A stretch of DNA of 64,000 nucleotides, taken from NCBI RefSeq assembly GCF_004010195.1, contig NC_057718.1, forward strand, positions 48,920,290 to 48,984,289, in the 5' to 3' direction. The position numbers and the translations under genes are program-made. Positions 1 through 12,582 of this stretch are shown here, piece by piece. How positions within the stretch are numbered: the stretch's first letter is position 1; every line of letters begins with the position of its first letter. The notes beneath the pieces were generated by a model. The model was not told the origin of the DNA and made no database searches. It saw only the letters and a list, made by a program, of their open reading frames with translations. Origin of the DNA: Chiloscyllium plagiosum (taxonomy: Eukaryota).

Positions 1-775
1 GTTTAATGCGGACAAGTGTGAGGTGATTCACTTTGGTCGGAGTAACTGGAATGCAAAGTACTGGGCTAATGGTAAGATTCTTGGTAGTGTAGATAAGCAG
101 AGAGATCTCGGTGTCCAGGTACACAGATCGTTGAAAGTTGCTATCCAGGTTGACAGGGTTGTTAAGAAGGCATACAGTGTTTTAGCTTTTATTAATAGAG
201 GGATCGAGTTCTGGAACCATGAGGTTATGTTACAGCTGTCCAAAACGCTAGTGCGGCTGCACTTGGTGTATTGTGTACAGTTCTGGTCACCGCATTATAA
301 GAAGGATGTGGAAGCTTTGGAAAGGGTGCAGAGGAGATTTACTAGGATGTTGCCTGGTATGGAGGGAAGGTCTTACGAGGAAAGGCTGAGGGACTTGAGG
401 CTGTTTTCATTAGAGAGAAGAAAATTGAGAGGTGACTTAATAGAGACATATAAGATAATCAGAGGGTTAGATAGGGTGGACAGGGAGAGCCTTTTTCCAA
501 GAATGATGACGGCGAGCATGAGGGGGCATAGCTTTAAATTGAGGGGTGATAGAAATGTCAGAGCTAGTTTCTTTACTCAGAGAATAGTAAGGGTATAGAA
601 TGCTTTGCCTGCAATGGTAGTAGATTCGCCAACTTTAAATACATTTAAGTTGTCATTGGACAAGCATATGGACATACATGGAGGTAGGTTAGATGGGCTT
701 CAGATTGGTATGACAGGTCGGCACAACATCGAGGGCCGAAGGGCCTGTACTGCGCTGTAATGTTCTATGTTCTAT
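1..775 (+). mobile_element. CR1-clade LINE, 3' part of ORF2 plus 3' UTR
   Basis: ORF 23..598 has the CR1 C-terminal motifs RDLGVQV, YCVQFWSP, LERVQRRFTRMLPG and LFSLERRKLRGDLIE. It ends in a TGTTCTATGTTCTAT tail. Confidence 0.93.
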
Positions 776-1000
776 CTACATTGCAGTAACTCATCAAAGC
801 TCTTTCAACAGTTCTTTCCAAATCTGCAGCTTCTACCACCTAGGAGGATATTGGCAGCAAATGCATGGAAATACTGTTACTTGCATCAGTTCTCCTCCAA
901 GCCATATGCCACCATGATTTGGATTTGCATCCTTATTTCTTCACTGTTGCTGGATCACCATGAAATGTAGAGATTCGGAAAGACAGCTCACCACCACCAT
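776..1000 (+). mobile_element. Degenerate LINE 3' fragment (CR1/L2 superclade)
   Basis: Resembles a common shark LINE 3' region (ctaccacctagga..ggcagcaaatgcatgg..ctccaagcca). Recognised from memory only. Confidence 0.5.
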
Positions 1001-1950
1001 CAGTTTACCATCACAAGCCTATGTGATAACCCCCCCATTACTATTTACTGTCTATCTGATAGTGGGAATTCACCTCAAAGAGCATCTGCCCTCTGGTGTC
1101 AGTATTAACTACTGCCTGAATGGAAAACTCTTTAACCTCAGTTTCCTCAGTGCCAAAACAAAATCGTCCACTGCAGACAAATTTGATCTGCGGTTTTCCA
1201 TGTTGATCATAAAGTCATTGTTCTCTCTGAATCAGGTTTACAAATTACACTTGCGTTTTTTTCAAGAAATACAAACTGCTCTTCAACATTGTCAAAACAA
1301 AACTCATACCAACCCCACTCCTGGTCAGTCAAATATTCCATTCCCATATATGTTGATGGAAAGGCTCTGGAATATGTTAAGCATTTCCCATATCTCGGTA
1401 AATCATTTCTTTCAAAAGGCCACAGTTGGTAAGGAGATCCAACAGCAGGTCATCGGCATGAGTTCAGCATTCCACAGTCTCGTGTGCAGAGTCATTGATG
1501 TACTGCTGGGGTGTAGTGAGATTTAGGATCTGGATCAGCGACATATAAGAGTGTCAGAGAATTTCCATTAGCACAGCCTCAACCTCATTCTTCAACTTTA
1601 ATAGGAGATTCATTGAAAAAGTGCTAGTGTCCCTTTTCAAGTTAGTTCCACAAGCATTCAGACAGAACTCCTGAAAATTTATTTTTTTGGTGGTCAATTT
1701 GGATGTTTGGAAACTTCTTGCCCACCTTGTCCTGTTTTTTTTCCAACTCTAAATGGCCAGTGTGCTGGGGAAGGACAAAGAAAACCCTTCGAAATTATTC
1801 TGAAGGTGTCCTTGAAATGTGGCAACTGACAGTGAATAATTTGGAGGATTTTCCTATTAATTGTTCAAAGTGGTGACAACTTGTCCACCAAACTGATTGT
1901 GCTTTGAATCACAATGTCTTAACGATAAGGCTGAATAACAACAATGAGTG
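1000..1950 (+). mobile_element. Decayed RTE-clade LINE RT fragment
   Basis: GVSINYCLNGKLFNLSFLSAKTK resembles the RTE motif YR.DGKLFNL..L.AKTK. A downstream GQRK-type segment lies near 1773. Confidence 0.75.
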
Positions 1951-2161
1951 GACATTATCCTCAAATCAAGAGACAACCTCAACAATAACTTAAAACATAA
2001 ATAAACTTCTTAACAGAATTTTAATATAATTTAGAATTTATATACATCAACAATGTTCCTTTATACAAAACAATTACACGCCCCTTTGGTTATGGTTTAT
2101 ATCTTCATAGTCAACCTGGTCTATTGCATTTAACACTATCTACAATAGCTACAACAAGATA

Positions 2162-2175
2162 GCCATCTAGTGGCA
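2162..2175 (-). promoter_or_regulatory. Candidate CTCF site
   Basis: Minus strand reads CTGCCACTAGATGGC, matching the CCASYAGRKGGC core. Motif match only. Confidence 0.35.
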
Positions 2176-3529
2176 GTAAAAGACAACTACAATTTAACAG
2201 AATCAAACAAGTCTCTGAATGATGAATTCATACGCAGCTACTAACACTTAATAACTCTAGCAACAGCAAGGAAATAATATTTTTTTATAATTTGTTTATG
2301 CAAAAGAAGGCTTTGATAATACATTGTGATGATATTTTTACTTCATTATGTTCATGAATGCTTCTGTCAATGCTTATTTTCAACAATAAGTTAGAATGTA
2401 AGAAAATAGGAGCTGGAGTAATCCATTTTGGTCCTTTCATCTGTTCTGCCACTTAATTATAGGATGGCTAGTTATAGGATGATCTTGTATGTTAACTATG
2501 TTTTTCTACACTATCTCCAATTCCTTTGATTCTCTTAGTGTCCAAAAATCCAAAAAATGTCAATGTTTTCACCTTATCTATGGTGTTTTAATTCGTTTCA
2601 CTGCTGATTGTTATTACTAGCAAAGGATCTGAATGTTATTATATTCCACAGTAGAAATTCATACAGAAAGATGAAAGGCTATGATTTTATCAGTGCTTGC
2701 TAAGCAAACATTTCTTCAGTTATTGGGATATTTTAGAGTTAAGATGCAGATCACATCATTTGAGGTAATAGTTCTTGAAAAGACATGTGAACATATGAAT
2801 TATGACTTTGAGCAGGCTTCTCAATGCTTCAAGCTTGCTCCCTCATTCAATAAAATTATGGTTGATCTGATTCTTTCATACTCACACTGAAAATGATAAC
2901 CTTTGATAACAGTGTAATAAAAAAAAAGATTTTTAACAGATTCCTATTTGAACCCAAAAATGATCTGCTTATTGTAAAACAAAGCTTATTTCTAAAATGA
3001 AGTAGCAAAATTGATTACCAACGACTGGTTAATAGTCCAGAATTAGAAATATAATGCACTTTTAATCCCAAAACAAATATATACATATAGTACAAAATAC
3101 AAAACAACTCTGCAGAGATCACATTTCAGAAAAGGCAAAACTAAAATATATCTTTATTAGCTAAAAGTCTGACAAATAAAACATAATATTTGATGACTTC
3201 TCACATTCCACCATGTTTCTTGCCGATGAAATAAAATAGCTGACAGTCAAAGAATGATGGAAGAGTTTCCAAGACATCTTCAGCTCAAATGGAAATCAGA
3301 CTGGTTCCAAGTCTTTGGAAAGCAGTTCAACACTTTCAGGCTTTACAAAATAGCTAAGATACCAAGATGTGGTGATTCTCAAATGCTTCACCCAAGGGAC
3401 AATTTCAGGAGGGAGAGCTTTGCTGTTTATGCAAGTTTTAGTGGGTTTTCTCTCCAAAACCAGAAAAGATTGCCAGGCAACCACCAACTCATGGCTCATT
3501 ATCTCTTCTAAGCAGGTTTTCCATTATTT

Positions 3530-3702
3530 AAATGCAATAAGTTCTAACTCTTAACTCCTTAAAAGATTTACTTAGCTGTTTTCACAAAGTCATCAGGTGG
3601 CTTACAGCCAAATCAAATTGTTGACCCCATTCCCTGGTAAACTCTGTCTAATCCAGAAAGTGTACAAACAACTTGATATCTTCCAGTCTATAATCACCCA
3701 GT
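3530..3702 (-). pseudogene. Candidate terminal exon of unidentified minus-strand gene (RLGDYRLEDIKLFVHFLD*TEFTREWGQQFDLAVSHLMTL*KQLSKSFKELRVRTYCI*)
   Basis: Acceptor ctatatttatag. Phase 2 matches the 4373-4434 candidate. Protein-like frame with two internal stops. Confidence 0.4.
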
Positions 3703-4372
3703 CTATAAATATAGATATGTAATTTTAGAATAGCCATAATATTATTTATGCGTATACTTAAGTTAATTCATAGACAACCTTTTGTGTAGAAACGTTCAAT
3801 AAAAGATAGCCTTGCATTTATGTGGTGCCTCTTGTGCACTTTAGGGTGACCCCAAATGCTTGCAGCTGTTGGAATGTGGACCATGGAAAAAGTGTTCATG
3901 TTTTTGTTCTACTCTGAGATTTCCTAACAACATGGAATAAAACAGATGTAAGAATAAAAAGCATTACATAAAGATGGAAGCCCAATTTTTTTCTGCACTC
4001 CCTGACCTTGGTTCCCTTCCAAATGACATTTGAGTCTTTGGCTTTCTTTCAGACCTGCTGTATGGAGCTGTCATTTTGCCACATTGTAAGTAATCATAGA
4101 GATTCTTGCATGTGCAGTCTATGAGGATAACTGACTAAAATGAAATAAAATCATTTCCAGTGGATGCTAAGTAATCCCACTCCGAAAGACAGATTCATCT
4201 TTGGGGAATTTGCTGTAAATGTAGTAAAAGTGTTCAATTGTTAAAGAGGTTTTAGATACAGTCACTTTCACTTCAGTGAAAACTATTAATTGAACACAGA
4301 TTCAAACAGCCAAAATCACCATTTACTGTGTCTATTTTATTTAATATAATTGAATAGGATATTTGTTTTGAC

Positions 4373-4434
4373 CTTGTTGCTCATTGTCAGTTCAGCTCCG
4401 ACAGAAACTATACGAATTTGATGAGTTTTTCAAG
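4373..4434 (-). pseudogene. Candidate exon (LEKLIKFV*FLSELN*Q*ATR)
   Basis: Strong acceptor ctttcttatttttttattttattag and weak donor AAG|gtcaaa. In frame with 5622-5673. First stop at 4408-4410. Confidence 0.5.
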
Positions 4435-4913
4435 CTAATAAAATAAAAAAATAAGAAAGTTGTGGAATTATATAGCACTTTTCATGACCGCCAAATGTCT
4501 CAAAGCACTTTCTACTGCCAATGAACGACATTTTTGAAGTGTAGCCATTATTGTAATATATAAAATACAGCAGCCAATTTTACACATGGCAAGGTCTCAC
4601 AAACCAAAATGTGATAATTTATTATATTTTCTATATATTGGGCACCAGTTTAGCATCTCATCTAAGAGACAGCATTAGTTGGTATCAAGTGATACCAATT
4701 AATACACAATACAAACACATAGAATATACTTAGAAATTATTCCACCACAGACTCCTATTACAACTTTGGCTCAATAGCTAAAGGCAACATCTAGTGAGAA
4801 CTGAAAGGGTAGAGCAGGGCAGTTTTTGTTCCACGCTGTTACAGCACAGTAACAACAAGCCTTAACAAATCACCCTCACCGTCATTGGATTCTCAACATA
4901 GTTCTCAACATTA

Positions 4914-5229
4914 TTAGATTAGATTAGATTAGATTACATACAGTGTGGAAACAGGCCCTTCGGCCCAACAAGTCCACACCGCCCCGCCGAAGCGCAACCC
5001 ACCCATACCCCTACCCCTTACCTAACACAACGGGCAATTTAGCCTGGCCAATTCTCCTGACCTGCACATCTTTGGACTGTGGGAGGAAACCGGAGCACCC
5101 GGAGGAAACCCACGCAGACACGGGGAGAACGTGCAAACTCCACACAGTCAGTCGCCTGAGTCGGGAATTGAACCCGGGTCTCTGGCGCTGTGAGGCAGCA
5201 GTGCTAACCACTGGGCCACCGTGCCGCCC
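4914..5229 (-). mobile_element. HE1-type tRNA-derived V-SINE, full length
   Basis: Minus strand GGGCGGCACGGTGGCCCAGTGG (A box) and GGTTCAATTCC (B box), central TGTGTGGAGTTTGCAC domain, CR1-like tail and (AATCT)n end. Confidence 0.92.
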
Positions 5230-5621
5230 AGTGTTGCCTAATTGTTCCTTTATGATCTTGGACATCAAGTTTATAACAACCAAACATTACCAATTTATTA
5301 TTAATTATGTAACTTCAGCAGGTCACAAATAAACAACAAGGTAATCTAATTAATATCTACAATCTAAGCCCAATCATCTTTGACCATAAATGCCCACTCA
5401 CACACCAAAAGTGGTAAGGGATAAATTGAAAGAAGATTAAATAATTGTAATTTTCTGGTTTAATAAACAGTTTCAAATGATGGCTATTGGGCTTTTCTGA
5501 AATCCTTGGACAAAGATGTGTTCATAAACATGTAGAACTGGATATGTTGCTTGAAATTCAAAGTCACTGGTTAATGCAAACTGTTTCAGCAGAATGTGAG
5601 AAAAATATACTTATTACTTAC

Positions 5622-5673
5622 AGATTGGGATTCTTTTTCAAGAACATTCAACAATTCTATAACTGGAGAGACA
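5622..5673 (-). CDS. Candidate 52-bp internal exon (VSPVIELLNVLEKESQS)
   Basis: Acceptor ttctgtttgttttacacactttctag, canonical donor gtaagt, open frame phase 2 to 0. Confidence 0.55.
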
Positions 5674-5814
5674 CTAGAAAGTGTGTAAAACAAACAGAAT
5701 AGTCTTTCGAATCTTCCAAAAATGCACTGTCTCTTGTAAGAACCCTGTTATATCCACTTTTGTCTTTGTTTTCTCTTTTCAATTAACATCCTCTGTAGTT
5801 GGCTGGCTAGCACA

Positions 5815-6120
5815 GGTTCTCCTTTGATTGACTCACCTTTGGAATTCAGCTCTTTTGTCCATACTTGACCTAAGGCTGTAATGAGGTTGGGAGCTGAGTG
5901 GCCCTGGCAGAATCTAAACTGGGTGTAACTGAGCAGGTCATTGCTGAATTGGTGCTGCCTTGATAGCACTATTGACGACACTTTCCATTACTTTACTGAT
6001 GCTGGAGAATAGACTGGTGAGGTGGTAATTGGCCAGATTGAATTTGTCCTGCTTTTTGTGTGCAGGACATACCTGGGCAGGTTTCCACATTCTGGGTAGA
6101 TGCCAATGTTTTAGGGAAGT
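5815..6120 (-). mobile_element. LINE RT fragment (CR1/L2 superclade)
   Basis: QFRFCQGHSAPNLITAL..WTKELNSKGE resembles the RT QFGFR..HS segment. Confidence 0.7.
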
Positions 6121-6559
6121 GCATGTGTCTTGTCTAACTGGCAGCCATTATTCATTCACCCTCATTCACCCTGGAGGAGGCTGCTAATCTGATTCTGACT
6201 CAGGACTCAGGAGTATTATTAGACCTCATGGCTGTTTACCTCCACTGCAATGAGAAAAATAAAAGAAAAATACTGATGGTCCCTCCAACATATCTAGCTT
6301 AACTGATTTTATCTGTTAACATCACCTCCAATACCTCATAAATTAGGGACAGGAAAAATCTGCCACAGCTTCTGCTCTCAATCCACTCAGGACTCAGGAA
6401 TGGGCAGGGTTTTGGGCAGAAATACATTTTTGAGGCAGATTGCCAATTTATGAGCTTAAGACATAAATCAGTCCATACACTTTGGAGGAGGGCAGGCAGG
6501 CCCATACACCAATGTCAACAGCATCCTGTGTCTCCAGTACCAGCAGTCTTCAATCCAGG

Positions 6560-6800
6560 AAGGGATGCAAGAAGCAGGGGGATGGTATATGCAAGGTACA
6601 GCACGGCCCTATGGTTCAACAAGGTTCCCATCCAGGTAGTCAAGGAATGGCAAGAGTTGTTGTTCCCACTAAAAGGGTGAGACTGTTGCGCCTGACTCAG
6701 GAAAGCTGGAGAGTGGTTACAGCAGAGGTAAACAATCATGAGGGTCAATAGTTTGCGTCCCAGGTTGGAAGTAGATCAGTGCACGGCCAAGGCTGAGTCT
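6560..6800 (+). mobile_element. Degenerate Myb/SANT-like ORF, Harbinger-type DNA transposon relic
   Basis: Frameshifted peptides WFNKVPIQVVKEWQELLFP, QESWRVVTAEVN and DQCTAK follow the Myb/SANT pattern F..(V)..LF..W..VA..V..QC.KK. Confidence 0.5.
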
Positions 6801-8299
6801 GAATAAGGATCAGCTCAGTGTGGTTGTCTGGTGGACAACACACTTATAGAGTAACAAGCCATCATTTTGGACATGAGCGCTATACAGCACAACAGTTTTG
6901 GAGGGGGGGGGGGATGGTAGGGCGAAAGGGGTAGGCCTATAGAGTCCTCTACAAATGTCCCTCAGAGTCTAACAGACAAGGACGTGCCATTGCACTGGGT
7001 GGGAGTAGGTGATGTAGCCGGCCACTGCAGTCTCCTTCTGAACAAGAGGTCCTTAGCCCAGTGTTCCAAATGCTTTTGGTGTACAGTAAATGAATATGGC
7101 GGAGGATTTTGTGAAAGGACCCCCTTTGCTTGCTGGAGCCCTCCCAGCCCCACGTACCTAGCTGGCAGACTGTCAGGACTATTAAGCTCGGCAGTTTGCC
7201 TCCATCACCACTAGAGTACTGCGAAGTACATTGGAAAATGCACTTAGGCACAGCAGGGTAGCACAGGTTCAAACCTTTGGTGTTCATGTTTTTGGTGGAT
7301 TGGCTGTGTCTCTGGTTTAATATTCATGTGTGAGGATTTGCTCTACTGTTTTTATAGAGAGACGGTATTGAGGGAAATGGTGAATTTATGAACAGACATG
7401 CCAAAATCAGTCAAGAGGTATAGGCTTATACAATGAAAAGGGGTGCTTCCTTTTTTAAAAGTGTGTGTTCATATTCTAAACTCTATCCAAGTCATGCCTG
7501 AGTGACTGATAGTGTTTATCTCCTGAAGCAACAAGTATGCGTACTGCTTTATATGTAGAATGATATAATGGTTAGAAGGATGTTTTTAAACTCTCTGCAG
7601 CCGGTGTAGTTGAATCGATTTAACTCTAATGGAATTCAAGAATCAAAGATCTCAGGATTATAAAACCGACGTGTTTAACTTGATGGAACGCCTTTTGTAT
7701 TTCTATTAAGGAAAGAATAGAATGTGTGCTTCAGAATGATGTCCTTTAATCTTGTTGCAGGCTGGCAGCTAGTGAAACAATACTCTTGGTAAAGCAGGAC
7801 TGTGTTTTTTCGAAGCATGTGCTCAATGCATCAATATTCACCTCTTCTGTGGAGCTGAGGGTTGCTGATTTAATGCAAATAATTAAGGAATAGTGAACAA
7901 TAGTCATTTGCAAACAGTGGCTGGTACAAAGGATAACACCTTCTCTCCTGAGGCGAGGTGTCATGGTGGGCCTGAAATGCAGAAGAGACTTCCACTTGGA
8001 GATGGCTCATGTTTGTTTTTGCACAATAATACTCTTATTACATCTATGTGCATGAGTAAAATATCAAATTCTGCTGGTGGGCAGGAAGGACCTTCTGGAC
8101 TTTCTGTGTTCCTATTTCTGGGTGCCATATTTCTGAGCAGCAAATCAATGTTTGGAATATGGGACAATTGAAGTCATATACGTCCTTACCACATCCCCCA
8201 CCCAACTCTGGAGGTGTCAGAGTAGAGTGACCAGCCCCTTGGATTAGCACAAGCAAAAGGCCACCTTATTCCTTGGGAGTAATTACAAGTGGCTATCCC

Positions 8300-8970
8300 G
8301 CCTAATGAAGGCAGGAGAGGTGGACGTGGCTGAAACAGTCAATGAGCTACCGGGACACATGGCAGGATGCAATACTGCAAGGGGACAAATGATCTCTTGC
8401 TATCTGTCAAAGCACGTTCCACTATCTACTAAATCATTCATGACCCTGTAACTATATCCTACCATTGCCATTGTACAGAACGGTCACACACAACAGACAC
8501 TGTGACAGACATCTTTGTCACATGCCTCAGTCTACTTAGAAACTCTTACTTTATTGCACTATTCCATGTTGGACTTAGTGATATAACGTTGCACACCTCT
8601 GCCATGCTTCACTTCAAACAGAAAGGGGCACTGCAGAATACAACAGCTTATACAATATCAGCTCACTGACTCTTCCTCACAACCAGGTGAACTGACATGT
8701 CACATACCTTCTCACTAAAGGACTGAATGGATAAAGGTGTCATGTGAAAAGGTTGCTTGAGAATTGAAACCACACGGCAAATATCATACACACATCATAT
8801 GAAGCTTCATTGAAATTCAGACACTTCACCTCTTTTACCAGATGATGCAACTACCTCAACTATGCTGGCCAAGATACCGGGCGCCATCCCTGAACTGCAG
8901 CTGCTGACCATGTGTGAGGAGTCCGTTATTCGACTGGCATCAGAAAATGGAGAGTGTGCCTGAACACAAG
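8300..8970 (+). mobile_element. Possible second Harbinger Myb/SANT relic
   Basis: VAETVN near 8327. After an acceptor near 8841, GAIPELQLLTMCEESVIRLA resembles the GGG..L..LT..EE segment that follows such domains. Confidence 0.35.
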
Positions 8971-9474
8971 GAAAGATGGGATTGACCAGCCATTTGATAG
9001 GAAAACCTCTGAGCAGCTTCTCACATCTGCTCATCAAGCACCAGAGCTTAATGCAACCTTTAGTAAGGACAGTGCACCATGATGCCAACTTGGGTTAATG
9101 TTTACCTATGTCGCCTCTAGATCACAACTACTGAACTGTCAAGGACGATTAAGAGCCCCATCTCTCAGATCTCTGCCTCCCTCCCAGACCCAACCAGAAG
9201 AACTCTGAGGACAAGCAACTGGGAATTTCTCAGAAGGCTCACTCAACCCAAAACTTTAACTCTCCACAGATGAGTTTTTGCACCAATTTCTGTTTTTATT
9301 TCTGTTTTAACTAAGAATCTGTCATATATGCTTGAACTGGAATCACATAGATCGTCTTGGGAAAACATTTGTGAGACAAATAATTCAACAACTTCCATGA
9401 GTTTTGCTGGTGTTACCTTACAAATCACCACATATTTCTGTTCTTACTGCTTGAACTTATTGTCATAAATATTA

Positions 9475-9802
9475 CAGGTACACAATCCTTTATCCGAAAT
9501 TCTGAAATCCGAAAAGCTCCAAAATCTGAAGTTCCTTTTGTGAAGTTTTTTCTGTATTGCAAATTTGGTATGCAAACAGGTGACCTAACATCACACCCAC
9601 TTGACCCATATCACTCAGATGCGATGTGGCCCAGCACTGGCAGGCTGTGTCTCAATGCTCATACTAGTCACACCATGGGTCTGCTGTTCGGTAAGATTTT
9701 TTAATTTTACTGTGGAAATGTCATTTATTCTGAAATCCAAAAAATTCCAAAATTCGAAAAACAACTGGCCCCAAGGATTTTGGATGAAGGATTGTGTACC
9801 TG
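9475..9802. mobile_element. MITE, Tc1/mariner (pogo/Tigger-like)
   Basis: 21-bp TIRs caggtacacaatcctttatcc and ggatgaaggattgtgtacctg (20/21 match). Left flank TA, right flank TC. No coding capacity. Confidence 0.85.
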
Positions 9803-10634
9803 TCTAATTTTAGAGCTGGTAAGATAATTATTTATTAACATGCAGGACAATATGTTACCAGATGATGGCACTATAATACAGAAACAAGGCTTTCATACTG
9901 GACACTGCAGTGTTGAGGATCTGTTCATTGACAGCAACTGCAGAAAGGTTATGGTATGGAAGAAGTCTAAAGGAAGCTATCTAGCCAAACTCATCTTCTA
10001 ACTCTTTGTCTTGTAGGATACAGCTCTTCAAGTGCATATTCAAGCATATTTTTAACATACTTGTGTGATGAACGTTTCTTCCTCTACCACCATGTAAGGC
10101 AGTACATTTTTTCTTATCACTCATTTTATTCGTTCTGCCAATTACTTTAAAGTTATGCCCCGTCAGTTTTTGAATTGTGTAAGAGAAATAGACGCTTCTT
10201 ATTCACTCTATCATGGTTCCTCTAATTTTATGCACCCCATAAAATCCTACTCTATTAACCCCCTCTATTTGAAATAAAACAGCTGCAGCCTGCATAAGCC
10301 TTCCTTATAGCTCAAATATTTAAACTGTGGCAACATATACATCGACTTGCATCCTACCTAGTACTTATACAGCTCTTGCAAAATTGAGGACTAAATTACA
10401 AATAGCTTGTTACTTTAGGGCCCATAATTTTAAGATTTTTCTGTTTTTTGCTTATGAGAAAATAATGCAAACAATTACACCTTCTAAAATGAAATGAGCA
10501 ATTTTAACCAAGTGTACTGGATAGAAATTGGGCAATGAGGAATTTAGTTATTTTGATGAGGTCTCAAACAGATGATTGTCTGGCTCTAAGCTCTATTTCT
10601 TGTCCAGCAAGTTATGTTAAAGTTGACCATAAGT

Positions 10635-12110
10635 AACACGGCAGACAAGCAGGAGGCTGGAAGAACACAGCAAGCCAGGCAGCATCAGGAGGTGGAGAAG
10701 TTAATGTTTTGGATATAACCCTTCTTCAGGACTCGGGGGTGGAGGCGATGGGAGTAGATAAAGGGGAGGTAGAGGAGGGTTTGGGTGGAGGGGTGGTGAG
10801 GCAAGGAGAACACAGGCGGAGGGTACAACCTGGTTGGATTATGGGAGGAATTAATCCGATTGGTAGCTGGAAGGAAACTTTTCTCATTCCTGAGAAGGGC
10901 TTATGCCCGAAACGTCGATTCTCCTGTTCCCTGGATGCTGCCTGACCTGCTGCGCTTTTCCAGCAACACATTTCCAGCTCTGATCTCCAGCATCTGCAGA
11001 CCTCACTTTCTCCTCCAGCTGGAAGGAAGGGTCAGTCAGAAGAATGGAAGGGAGGGGGAGGAGGAGGGGCTGGGAAGGGAGTTGGGGGATGAGAAGGAAG
11101 GTTATTTGAAATTGAAGAACTCAATGTTGAGTCCTCTGGGCTTCCCAGGCAGAAGATGAGGTATTGCTCCTCCAATTTGCGGTCTGATTCACTGTGACAA
11201 TGGAGGAGACTGAGGATGATCATGTCAGAAAGGGAGTGGGAAGAGGAATTAAAATGGGCGTTTACTGGGAGATCCGGTCAGCCCTTGTGGGCCCGGCTGA
11301 GATGCGCAGTGAAATATGCCCTTAGTTTACATTTGGTCTCATTAATGTCGAGAAGACCACATTGGGAGCATCAGATATAGTAATCTAGGTTGGAAGAGAG
11401 GCAGGTGAACCTCTGTCTCATCTGGAAGGACTGTTGGAACTCTGGATGGAGGTGAAGGATGTGGTGTATCGGCAGGTTTTGCATCTTTTCTGATTGCAGG
11501 GGAAGATACCTGGGGTTTTGGGGGTAAGGGGGTGGTTTGTGGAGAGAGTGGTGGGAACTAAGGATTGGCCAAAGGGAACAGTCCTTGTGTAAGGAAGAGA
11601 GAGGTGGGGAGGGGAAGTTGTTCTTGGTGGTGGGGTCTAGTTGGAGTTGGCAGAAGTGGTTGAGGATGATACATTGGACATGGAGACTGGTGAGGTGGAA
11701 GGTGAGGACAAGAAGGAACCCTGTCTTTCTTACATTTAGAGGGAGGGTTTAGAGCAGTGAATGGATGTGGTGCAATGGAGGGCTGTCTGGTTGACAGAGA
11801 GGGGTAAAGCATGTTGTTCAAAATAGGTGGACATCTGGGACGCTTGGGAGTGGAATATCTCCTTATCCGAGCAAATGCAACAGAGATGGAGGAATTGGAA
11901 AAATAGGATGGAGCTCTTGCAGGACACTGGGTGGGAGGAGGTGTAGTCCAGGTAGTTATGGGATTCTCTGGATTTATAGTAAATGTCCATCCATCAAGCC
12001 TGAAACATTGACTTCTCCAACTCCTGATGCTGTCTGGCTTGCTGTGTCCTTCCAGCATCCTGCTTGTCCACTTTGGATTCCAGCATCTGCAGTCTTTTTG
12101 TCTTTAACAT
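10635..12110 (-). mobile_element. Penelope-like element, 5'-truncated, with inverted terminal copy at 11995-12105
   Basis: DIYYK..SHNYLDYTSSHP..CKSSI..QFL (RT thumb) and RKLEEQYLIFCLG (GIY-YIG end). 10640-10712 is the reverse complement of about 12000-12070. Confidence 0.85.
10877..11016 (+). mobile_element. 140-bp Penelope terminal fragment nested in the element above
   Basis: 12-bp TSD agctggaaggaa at 10865-10876 and 11017-11028. Contains gaagggcttatgcccgaaacgtcg. Confidence 0.85.
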
Positions 12111-12189
12111 ATATATCACCGTTCTGATGACTCCAAGAAACATGCAATGGAACCATTTTTACTTTGATGTGTAGTTGATGCATAAAGGC

Positions 12190-12515
12190 CTTGACCATAA
12201 AAGTCAAGGCTAACATTCTGATGCCGTACTGTGGGCGTGCTGCACTGTTGAAGGCACTGCCTTTTGGGAGTGACTTTAAATCACGAAACTGTCTGCCCTC
12301 TCAGCTAGAAATATATTGTCCTGTAGTACAATGTTGAAGGACTGGGGAGTTACTCCTGGAAAGGTGTCTAATATTTATCCTTCAATCAACATCAGAATTT
12401 GCTCTGCACACATTCGTTGTTGTGCTTCTTACATTACACCAGAATGTCTATGACTGTAAAATGCTTTGGATAGTCTGTGGACAAGGATATGCTACATTAA
12501 TGCAAATTCTTCTTC
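12190..12515 (+). mobile_element. Degenerate DeuSINE-like element (SacSINE1/AmnSINE1 type)
   Basis: gtactgtgggcgtgctgcactgttgaagg..gtctgccctctcag..aatatttatccttcaatcaacatc resembles the Deu domain. It ends in an L2-like tail, aatgcaaattcttctt. Confidence 0.6.
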
Positions 12516-12582
12516 CCTTTAATGAAAGGTTTGCAAGACCCAGGTAATAAAACTCTCACCACTCCATTGCTCTATGTCCAGG

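Noticed and set aside
4053..4085. Plus-strand 33-bp exon-like segment (ttcag...gtaagt)
   Set aside because: No partner exons were found on the plus strand, so it is compatible with chance.
4373..4434. In-frame TGA as selenocysteine (frame KTHQIRIVSVGAEL)
   Set aside because: That frame does not fit the neighbouring exon phases and I found no SECIS.
4679..4698. Perfect 8-bp hairpin ttggtatc-aagt-gataccaa
   Set aside because: Short enough to occur by chance in 64 kb, with no supporting context.
4943..5332. 129-aa ORF and tRNA-like sequence
   Set aside because: It is the antisense frame of an HE1 SINE. The tRNA-like head is SINE-derived, not a tRNA gene.
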